This document shows, one piece after another, positions 30,353 to 38,602 of a stretch of 64,000 nt of DNA (the first letter of the stretch is position 1; every line of letters begins with the position of its first letter). Where the stretch lies: positions 1 to 64,000 of the forward strand of contig JAUVNS010000017.1 of the NCBI GenBank assembly GCA_030599585.1, written 5' to 3'. This DNA is from Promethearchaeota archaeon (lineage in GTDB: Archaea > Asgardarchaeota > Lokiarchaeia > Sigyniarchaeales > SOKP01). The position numbers were made by a program, and so were the translations under genes. Under the pieces are notes generated by a model. It was not told where the DNA came from. It ran no database searches and saw only the letters and a program-made list of their open reading frames with translations.

Positions 30353-31105
30353 TTAAAAAAAGTTTTTCATTGATTGAACCATCTTATAAGAATAGTCTAC
30401 TTGCTGATTACCGTTATCACTTATGTTCATGTGACCCGGAAGTAGATATTTGACGTCTAACTCATTTACAAACTTAATTGAATTGATTAGAGCATCTAAG
30501 GATCCTCCAGGAAAATCGTACCTTCCAAAACTCCCGCCAGTAAATACTAAATCTCCGGGAATCAAAATTTTTTTAGTTTCCTCATAATAACAAACTGAGC
30601 CATGGGAGTGTCCTGGTGTATGAAAAACTTTAAAGCTAAAATTTGACCCAATTCGAATAGGTTCATCCAATTTCAAATCAACTATGTCTAATGGAATAAT
30701 TTCTAAATTAAACATTTTTGGGCTGATCCCGAGATTTCCGGGAAAAATCCTTGATTCGTCGCCTTCTACTAGTATTTTCACCGTATCGCCATAAGCATAT
30801 AATTTAGGAGGATTGCTTTTTAGAACTTTTATCAACGGGTACAAGCCAAGAACATGATCTACATGCTCATGAGTTAGAAATACTTTAGTTATTTTTCGAT
30901 AATCTAAACCCAAATTATTCATACCTTCAAATAAACCCTTTAATGAGATTCCATTTCCAGAATCAAAAAGCGCTAACTCACCCGTGCTTTTTTCATTGAT
31001 TACAAACTGATTGCAATCTAACATAGGGGACTCCCCGAAATAATAGACATCTTTAAGAACACTTCTACCTAATTTTACCGAACTGTTAGAATCTGGAAAA
31101 AACAT
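30353..31105 (-). CDS. Metallo-beta-lactamase-fold hydrolase (glyoxalase II-like)
   Basis: THEHVDH, HTPGHS, GD, GRYD, PGH. Confidence 0.88.
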   Translation of the reverse strand: MFFPDSNSSVKLGRSVLKDVYYFGESPMLDCNQFVINEKSTGELALFDSGNGISLKGLFEGMNNLGLDYRKITKVFLTHEHVDHVLGLYPLIKVLKSNPPKLYAYGDTVKILVEGDESRIFPGNLGISPKMFNLEIIPLDIVDLKLDEPIRIGSNFSFKVFHTPGHSHGSVCYYEETKKILIPGDLVFTGGSFGRYDFPGGSLDALINSIKFVNELDVKYLLPGHMNISDNGNQQVDYSYKMVQSMKNFF

Positions 31106-31211
31106 AATTAATCAGTGTAAATATTTTACACAAAAAAACACCTCTTACCTTTAATGTTTTTCTCTTTACTCTTATAAAAACAATTAAAATAGAGAAAATC
31201 AATTAAATAAT

Positions 31212-31634
31212 ATGGAAGACCATTCTAGCGAAAATTTGAACGAAGAGCCTAATCTTGAAAATTTAAAAAAGAAAGTTGGATTTGGAGTTAAATTTTGGTT
31301 GGAATTTCAAGATAATCAACGCGAAAATATTCTAGGCTCTGGATGGGCAAATCTTCTTGAAAGTATTTCTACGACAAACAATAACGAGCCCAAGTCTTTA
31401 ACTCAAGCAGCGAAAGAATGTGGATATTCGTACAAGTATGCGTGGAACATCTTAAACAAGATAAAAGAGAGGACGGGGAAATCACCGGTAGAAACCAAAA
31501 GAGGAGGTACTGGAGGCGGAGGGTCAGTCAAACTGAATGAGTGGGGCCTATATTTAATAAAAACATATAAAAATCTCTTAGTAGAATTAAAAGAAGTCGA
31601 AAAGAAACTCGAAAAAACCTTTAAAATTGATTAA
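31212..31634 (+). CDS. ModE-type winged-helix transcription regulator (N-terminal domain only)
   Basis: SLTQAAKECGYSYKYAW...VETKRGGTGGGGSVKL. Confidence 0.85.
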   Translation: MEDHSSENLNEEPNLENLKKKVGFGVKFWLEFQDNQRENILGSGWANLLESISTTNNNEPKSLTQAAKECGYSYKYAWNILNKIKERTGKSPVETKRGGTGGGGSVKLNEWGLYLIKTYKNLLVELKEVEKKLEKTFKID

Positions 31635-31899
31635 GAAGTATAGTTTATCTTTATAATAAGTTTTCACAACACAGTAATTGCTTAATAATTGGTGTTGCTT
31701 GGAGACATCAATCATGGAAGGGCTATTTAAATAACTATTTGATTAAATAAACATCTATTATAATATTCTAATTATCTGTCCTCTTTTGGAAAAATTATTT
31801 AATTAGGGAAAATCATTTTATTATATTATTGTACTAATACTTAAATTTAGAGATTTATATAGAAGAACATATAATCTTAAAAATTACAATTGATTACGT

Positions 31900-33426
31900 A
31901 TGGCAATACCTCTCCCCGGAACACCAATTATAGTAGATATTGGTTCAGCGTATACTAAAATAGGATTCGCTGGAGAACCCAGTCCACGATTTGTATTCCC
32001 AACAATTACGGGTAAAGAAAAATATAAAGCTGTCATGGTCGATGTAACCGCCCGGAACATCTATGTAGGTGCGGACGCGAAAAAAATGCGCGGAGTTCTG
32101 AAGATTAAGCATCCAATAGAAAGGGGTGCCATTATGGATTGGAACGATTATTATGAAATTTTGAATTACATCTTCTATTCACTCCTACGAATTGAAAATA
32201 TTTCTCATTACCCGGTATTATACACCGAACCCCCGTTTTTAAACCAAGAAACTAAAGAATACATTGCTCGCGTTTTGTATGAAACACATAGAGTAAAGAG
32301 CTTAATAATGATTCCAACACCCGTATTATCCCTATTCAGCGTAGGATTAACAACGGGAATTGTGATAGAAAGTGGCGATGGTACCTCATGGGTATGTCCT
32401 ATTATAAGTGGGGAGATTGTAGATCAAGCCGTCCAAAAGTTAACATTAGCAGGAACAGATGTCAATCAGCATCTTAAGAATTTATTAATGCGAGAGGGAA
32501 TCAATATCGAGTCGAGTGCAGTAGATGAGATTATTAAAGAAATTAAAGAAAAAAACTGTTTTTTTGCCTTAGATCCCGAAAACCCTCCTAATTTAGATGA
32601 TACTTTTAGTTTCACTATGCCAGACGGATCAAATATTAATATTCCTAATTACATATTTCATGAAGCTCCCGAAGTATTATTCAAACCAAATTTGTTAGGG
32701 TATAATATTTTAAATATTCCACAAGCGGTAATCAATAGTGTTAAAAGCATTGACAAGTATTACTGGAGCGATTTGTTGTCTCATATAATGCTTTCGGGTG
32801 GAAATCTATCATATTCGGGCTTTGAAGAACGATTACGATCAGAGCTAGCTCAATTAGTCCCTCAATTAGGAAAAATACCTAAACCAAAACCAGTAAAATC
32901 CTCTAGGAACGAAAGGCAAAAAATGAAATCAAAAGAAAGAAGCGTAAAGAAAGAGGATACCTGCCCTCATTGTGGGATTTTAGTAGATTTAACTGACGGT
33001 AAAGAATATTGTCCTTCATGCAACGGTCGAATCGTTCTACCAGAACTTTCAATTGGTAGCACTACATTAGCTAAGAAACCTAAGTTAGATAAAGGTAATT
33101 TAGTCTGTCCTAATTGTAAGAAGTTGATAGGAGATAAGGATTCTATTTTTTGTCCTTATTGTGGGGGAAGTTTTCAATCGAAAATATTACCAGAGGAGCC
33201 CTCTGAAATAATAAAACAATCTCCTCCTGCTACGGAATTTTCTGGATTTTACGAGGCTTCTAATGAGGTGGTAAGGTTTTTTGTACCTGAAAATCTTCAA
33301 TTTGCGATTTTCAATGGTGCGAGTATTCTTGGATCACTCCCCTCGTTTCAAAGTTTATTTGTTAGCTATGAAGAATTTAAAACTAACAGCGCTGCTTTGT
33401 ACAAAAATATAAGTGAAATATTTTAA
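31900..33426 (+). CDS. Actin-family protein with an internal double zinc-ribbon insertion
   Basis: DIGSAYTKIGFAG, HPIERG, TEPP, ESGDG, SGG and GASILGSL match actin. The insert carries CPHC..CPSC and CPNC..FCPYCG. Confidence 0.9.
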   Translation: MAIPLPGTPIIVDIGSAYTKIGFAGEPSPRFVFPTITGKEKYKAVMVDVTARNIYVGADAKKMRGVLKIKHPIERGAIMDWNDYYEILNYIFYSLLRIENISHYPVLYTEPPFLNQETKEYIARVLYETHRVKSLIMIPTPVLSLFSVGLTTGIVIESGDGTSWVCPIISGEIVDQAVQKLTLAGTDVNQHLKNLLMREGINIESSAVDEIIKEIKEKNCFFALDPENPPNLDDTFSFTMPDGSNINIPNYIFHEAPEVLFKPNLLGYNILNIPQAVINSVKSIDKYYWSDLLSHIMLSGGNLSYSGFEERLRSELAQLVPQLGKIPKPKPVKSSRNERQKMKSKERSVKKEDTCPHCGILVDLTDGKEYCPSCNGRIVLPELSIGSTTLAKKPKLDKGNLVCPNCKKLIGDKDSIFCPYCGGSFQSKILPEEPSEIIKQSPPATEFSGFYEASNEVVRFFVPENLQFAIFNGASILGSLPSFQSLFVSYEEFKTNSAALYKNISEIF

Positions 33427-33552
33427 CAATTATTTTTAGCTTTCAAATTTTTAATTTTATCGTAATTTGCATGATAATCCAACTATAAACTCAAAATATC
33501 GTTAATTTTAATTAATTTAAAAAATTAAATTTAGTTAAAACCAGATTGGGGT

Positions 33553-34671
33553 TTGTATTTAATGAAAAACAAACGGAATTTATCACTAGGACTAATACTC
33601 ATTATTACTTTACTTAGTAGTATTACCCCTATAGCCTTAGCAAAGACCCGGCAGAACCACTTAGTTGAATTTATTTACGATAACCAGAAAGGCGACGGTA
33701 CTTTTGGCAGTGCTTATCAAGATACAGCGTATGCTATAGAGATTATAGAGTATTTCAACGCATATTCTGTGGAAGTCTTATTTGAGGCAACTAAAAGCGT
33801 AGATATTGAGGCATTAAAAACAAATCTGATAGATCAGCTACAAACTATGTTTAACGATGAAAATATTGATTTATACAAATTATTACATTATCTAGACACT
33901 CTTAACAGATTGGAGACTTTAGAAACATCCTTAGATTCAAGTCTACACAATAACATTTATCGGTATTTAAATGAAACGACTCAAATTGATGGTGGATTTG
34001 GTTCCACAAATATATCGACGACAGCAGACATGGTTTCAACTTTCTTCGTATATAATATATATACCATACTACAAGAAACAGTTGTAAACCAGACAGCCCA
34101 TAAGACCTGGGTTTTGTCGTGTAATAACACTGATGGTGGTTATGGAGGAGATAAATTAATACCTTCCACAATAGTTACGACTTATTTTGCCGTTTATCTT
34201 GTCGATGCACTAGGAGATGTAAATGATCTGGTAAACAAAACTAAAACTTTAGAATATTTTAAATCCTTTTACATCGATGATCCAGAAAACACAGAAAATT
34301 TTGGTGGCTATTTACCCGATATTCTCGCCGATATTACTTTACTAAGTAGTACTTATTATTGTGTTGGTGGTATTGAGCTAATGGATGAAAGTGAATTGAA
34401 TGGAGACGCTACTGTAAAATGGGTTCTAAATCACCAGAACTTTCTCGACGGTGGCTTTGGTGATTGGGTTGAAGGAAATGATCAAAGAAGATCATCAGTC
34501 AGTGCATCTTATTACGCATTTAATCTCTTAAAGACTTTTGACTCATTAAGCTTGTTAAATGAAGATATCTTCCAAATTGAATTAAACTATTTAATCTTAA
34601 TAATAATTCCTTCAATTATTGCAGTTATTATTGGAATAATCTATTTCTTCATTCGAAGGAGAAGAATATAA
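33553..34671 (+). CDS. Surface-anchored prenyltransferase/squalene-oxidase-repeat protein
   Basis: Repeats QKGDGTFG, QIDGGFG, NTDGGYG, QNFLDGGFG. N-terminal signal peptide; C-terminal TM plus RRRRI. Confidence 0.8.
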   Translation: MYLMKNKRNLSLGLILIITLLSSITPIALAKTRQNHLVEFIYDNQKGDGTFGSAYQDTAYAIEIIEYFNAYSVEVLFEATKSVDIEALKTNLIDQLQTMFNDENIDLYKLLHYLDTLNRLETLETSLDSSLHNNIYRYLNETTQIDGGFGSTNISTTADMVSTFFVYNIYTILQETVVNQTAHKTWVLSCNNTDGGYGGDKLIPSTIVTTYFAVYLVDALGDVNDLVNKTKTLEYFKSFYIDDPENTENFGGYLPDILADITLLSSTYYCVGGIELMDESELNGDATVKWVLNHQNFLDGGFGDWVEGNDQRRSSVSASYYAFNLLKTFDSLSLLNEDIFQIELNYLILIIIPSIIAVIIGIIYFFIRRRRI

Positions 34672-34786
34672 ACCTTCTCTTACGTTTTAATAAGCTTATA
34701 ATAATAGCTATTTATTTGTTTGAATGTCTAAATTAAATTATTGTTAATCTAATTTATCTTTTAATCATTCATATTTCAATTATCTT

Positions 34787-35644
34787 ATGGGAAAAATTTT
34801 AAACGGGAAAGAACTAGCGGCAAGACTGAATTCAGAATTAAAAAACAAAATTAATTTAGATTATCAAAGAACGGGTGTTAAGCCAAAATTAGCTGCAATA
34901 TTAGTTGGAGACGATCCCGCATCAAAATTATATATTAGAATTAAAAGAAAAACTTGTGCTGAAATCGGGATCGATTCGATTTTAATTAATTTAAACGGGG
35001 AAGTTTCAAATGCCGAACTATTCACAAAAATCAGTGAGTTAAACAATGATATTACAGTCCACGGTATAATTGTGCAATTACCCTTGCCTGTAAAGTTTAA
35101 ACCCTTTACTCTTGAATTTATTGAACAAATCGATCCACTTAAAGATGTGGATGGTTTACACCCAATCAATAAAGGAAAATTATTCGATTACAACGAGGAA
35201 TTCGTACCCGCCACTCCTAAAGGCATAATTACGCTTCTTGAGTTTTATAACATAGAATTAAAAGGAAAGCATGTCGTTATTATTAACCGATCAAATTTAG
35301 TAGGAAAACCTCTGATCTTTATGTTTTTAAAGAGGAACGCAACAGTAACAATATGTCACACTTCGACATCAAACTTAGAGAACCATATAAAAAAAGCAGA
35401 TATTTTAGTAGTAGCTATTGGTCAACCTGATTTCATAACTAAAGACAAAATCAAGGAAGGCGCTGTAATTATTGATGTAGGCACAAGTAGAGTAAATGGA
35501 AAGACTCGAGGAGACGTAAAGTTCGATGATGTTTTTGATAAATGTTCGTGGATAACTCCAAATCCAGGCGGGATAGGCCCAATGACAGTTAGTTTTTTAC
35601 TTCAAAACACATATAACGCCTATAAACGCAAAATTAGTGAATAA
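34787..35644 (+). CDS. folD: Methylenetetrahydrofolate dehydrogenase/cyclohydrolase
   Basis: VGDDPAS, VQLPLP, KDVDG, RSNLVGKP, TPNPGGIGPMT. Confidence 0.95.
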   Translation: MGKILNGKELAARLNSELKNKINLDYQRTGVKPKLAAILVGDDPASKLYIRIKRKTCAEIGIDSILINLNGEVSNAELFTKISELNNDITVHGIIVQLPLPVKFKPFTLEFIEQIDPLKDVDGLHPINKGKLFDYNEEFVPATPKGIITLLEFYNIELKGKHVVIINRSNLVGKPLIFMFLKRNATVTICHTSTSNLENHIKKADILVVAIGQPDFITKDKIKEGAVIIDVGTSRVNGKTRGDVKFDDVFDKCSWITPNPGGIGPMTVSFLLQNTYNAYKRKISE

Positions 35645-35792
35645 TATTTGCTAACAAATCATGTCGAATTTTGAGAAGAAGTTAAAGCAAAAACGATTTC
35701 AAATTATCGATTCGTTTTATAAAGTTAAACTTATATATATACTTACAACCTAATAAGGTTAGGATAAATACATAGAATAATATCGCTTTAAA

Positions 35793-36248
35793 ATGGCTAT
35801 TCTGGAGCTTGGTATAAATTTAGGCGTAAGGAACATAGTAAACAAAAAATACTACGATTCCGATACGGGAGTAGGATTAGATCCCGAATTAAGAGCTGGA
35901 TTCCTCTCTGCACTCGAAAGCTTCACCTCTGAAGTTTTTGGAGATGACATAAATGTGATTTCATTAGCCTCTTTCAAACTGGTTTGTTATTGCGATTTAA
36001 TAGCTTTACCAAACGATGAAAACAATAAGCAACCATTAATATCTTTTGCCATAACTGAGAAAGAAACAGAATCAGAAGTAGTTAAAAAGCATTTAGAAGA
36101 AGTAAATTTCCATTTTCTTAATAGATATTCTCTTAATGATATTTTTATAAAAAAGGCAAAGTTCTTTAAGAAATTTGAAGGAAGAATAGACGATATCATA
36201 GGAGATTTGAAGTTAAAAACGGAAGATCGTTTTAGGTCTATCTTTTGA
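35793..36248 (+). CDS. Longin-like domain protein
   Basis: DPELRAGFLSALESFTSEVFG helix typical of Asgard longin-like proteins. Confidence 0.65.
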   Translation: MAILELGINLGVRNIVNKKYYDSDTGVGLDPELRAGFLSALESFTSEVFGDDINVISLASFKLVCYCDLIALPNDENNKQPLISFAITEKETESEVVKKHLEEVNFHFLNRYSLNDIFIKKAKFFKKFEGRIDDIIGDLKLKTEDRFRSIF

Positions 36249-36278
36249 AAGTTTCAACTGTTAAAACTACTTATCATT

Positions 36279-37481
36279 ATGAGTTCTAATATAGGAGCTG
36301 AAGCTCAAGCGGCATACAATAAGTACCTAGATGCCACTTCTATAGACGAGAAAATAAAGCGTTTAGAGGAATTTATTTCTTTAGTCCCTAAACATAAAGC
36401 TACAGAAAAAATTGTTGCTTTAAATAAATCTCGATTAGCTAAGCTTAGAAGAGAACAAGAAGCAGAAAAAATCCGAATTAAAACAACTGGTAAAAAAGCT
36501 AGTCCCTTTTCAATAAAAAAAGAAGGAATTCAACTGATTCTAATAAGTGATTATCATTCTCCAGGTGTTGGTAAAACTTCTCTATTAAATTTATTAACGG
36601 GAGCAGCAAAAGATAAAATAGGAAAATTTACTCCCATACCTGAAATTGGTATCTATGAGCAAAATAAAGTTCGCTATCAAATAGTTGACATGCCATCAAT
36701 TATGGATGGTGCTTCAAGCGGAATAGGAAACGGTAGAGAAATAATCTCTCAATTAAGGGCTTGTGATCTTATTTGTTTTTGCGTAGATTTATCGCGTGAT
36801 TATAAAGAGCAAATTGAATTACTCTTGAATGAACTAAACAAATCACATGTGAGAGTAAATGTTCCACCTCCCCCCATTACAATTGAGAAAACTGGCTCGA
36901 ATAAAATTCAGGTATTTTATTTAACTAATGAAGCTAGAGAGCTGAATGATGTTGAAGAATTAACTGAAAAAATTAAAGAAATCACTCATGCAGGAGGCAT
37001 ACGGAATGGTATAGTCAAAGTATTCGGGAAGATCGAACTCGATCATGTTGTCGACGCTTTAAATCCATCCGTAGTATATAAAAAATCTATTATTTTTGGG
37101 ACAAAAGGGGACTTAGCGCTAACTGAGATTAAATTCAACGAATTAGAGAAATTTTATTCAAGTATCTTTCCTTTGATTATCGGAACGAGCGTGAAAATGA
37201 GAAAAATTCCTGGTGATTTTGGAAAAATTGTGTTAACTTACTTACACAAAATAAAAGTCTACACAATGAATAAAGGAATAGTCGCTGAAAAACCTCTCCT
37301 CATCAATTCCACCCCCAATAAACCAACAATACGAGATGTAGCAATAAAAATCCATCGTAGTTTTTATGAATCGTTCGATCATGCAATAGTCATTCGGAAA
37401 GATGCTAGACAAGAAAAGAAAAAAGTGGGTTTAGAATACGAATTAGAAGAGAATGACATCATCGAGTTACACACCAAATAG
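36279..37481 (+). CDS. DRG/OBG-family GTPase with TGS domain, divergent G motifs
   Basis: PKHKATE...LAKLRRE DRG N-terminus, GVGKTS, GNGRE, and C-terminal TGS (IH...VG..Y.LE..DIIE). Confidence 0.85.
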   Translation: MSSNIGAEAQAAYNKYLDATSIDEKIKRLEEFISLVPKHKATEKIVALNKSRLAKLRREQEAEKIRIKTTGKKASPFSIKKEGIQLILISDYHSPGVGKTSLLNLLTGAAKDKIGKFTPIPEIGIYEQNKVRYQIVDMPSIMDGASSGIGNGREIISQLRACDLICFCVDLSRDYKEQIELLLNELNKSHVRVNVPPPPITIEKTGSNKIQVFYLTNEARELNDVEELTEKIKEITHAGGIRNGIVKVFGKIELDHVVDALNPSVVYKKSIIFGTKGDLALTEIKFNELEKFYSSIFPLIIGTSVKMRKIPGDFGKIVLTYLHKIKVYTMNKGIVAEKPLLINSTPNKPTIRDVAIKIHRSFYESFDHAIVIRKDARQEKKKVGLEYELEENDIIELHTK

Positions 37482-37506
37482 TCATAAAAAAGAAGCATTT
37501 TATCGC

Positions 37507-38466
37507 TCAGTTTAAATAATGGTCGACATTAAAACTCATTTTTAACACATTTTGGATGATTTCAGATAATTCGTGTTCAGTTAAAGCTTCTTTATCTATC
37601 AAACTCCTAGCCATATCGCGGTATATTTTCCAATCGTTTTCATTCATTAGTTTCAACTTAGTACTAAAAGAGTAGAGATTGAGATAAGCGTTTTTAAAAT
37701 CTCCAGAATGGATAGGATTATTACCTAAGTTGGCAACTGCTTCATTTAATGATACTCTTATCCCCTCAAGATAATAATTTAGCTTAAACTTCGCATCTTT
37801 GATTTCACGATTAAATCGTTTTAGTTCATTCTGATATTTTAGATAAGTAATCTCGTCTTTGAGTTTTTCAGATAGGGCTATAACAGATTTTGACATAGCT
37901 GCTTTTCTGGGGAGATTCACTGCTTTCTCGATTTTGTATATCAAAAGATCGCGTTCTTGAATCAGATTATCAATCGTTTCTCTTGTTAACTGTTTCCTAT
38001 GAGCCCAAATTGACTTCAGTATCTGATCTGGTTGTTTGAGTAAAGACTTTCGAACCACCTTTACATTTGCTAATACTAATTCAGTTAAAGGGTGATCTAA
38101 TATGTCAAATTCTTCTCTATCTCCATCCCAACTAAGAAATAATTGCTCGTATTTATTTAAGAATTTAACTAATTTTGGAATTAATTTGTTCACAGATTTA
38201 TTATCTTCCTTATCAGTAATAATGACCATATCGACCTTAATTGTAGGAAGTGAAGTTAATATAATTATGTAATCACTTAGTTCTATGTTTGTTAACTCAG
38301 TTGATCGATCAAGAGAGTCATCAATGACGATTTCTGATACGAATGTTTTCATGGCTGAAATAAAAGAACTGAACATTTCTGTATTTCTAGCATCTGTATC
38401 TTGAAAATTTTTTTCGTAAATCAATAATCCCGTGTGACTCTGATAAAGAAAGATTGTATAAATCAT
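37507..38466 (-). CDS. Longin-like N-terminal domain plus helical C-terminus
   Basis: IFLYQSHTGLLIYEKNF...MFSSFISAMKTFVSE. Confidence 0.65.
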   Translation of the reverse strand: MIYTIFLYQSHTGLLIYEKNFQDTDARNTEMFSSFISAMKTFVSEIVIDDSLDRSTELTNIELSDYIIILTSLPTIKVDMVIITDKEDNKSVNKLIPKLVKFLNKYEQLFLSWDGDREEFDILDHPLTELVLANVKVVRKSLLKQPDQILKSIWAHRKQLTRETIDNLIQERDLLIYKIEKAVNLPRKAAMSKSVIALSEKLKDEITYLKYQNELKRFNREIKDAKFKLNYYLEGIRVSLNEAVANLGNNPIHSGDFKNAYLNLYSFSTKLKLMNENDWKIYRDMARSLIDKEALTEHELSEIIQNVLKMSFNVDHYLN

Positions 38467-38602
38467 ATCTACAGGTTTTTTTTTAAATTTTTATATGAGA
38501 CTGAGTTTTATAAGAGTAATTATTTAATTATCGAATAATATTTCCTTTATTATATTTTTATCATTAGTGACTTTAAATTCTCTTAACATCTAATGAAAAT
38601 AT

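Noticed and set aside
31688-31716. Intergenic hairpin with ATGA on the minus strand as a second SECIS or riboswitch
   Set aside because: No matching 3' GA for the core, no UGA-containing gene upstream on that strand, and no recognisable riboswitch consensus.
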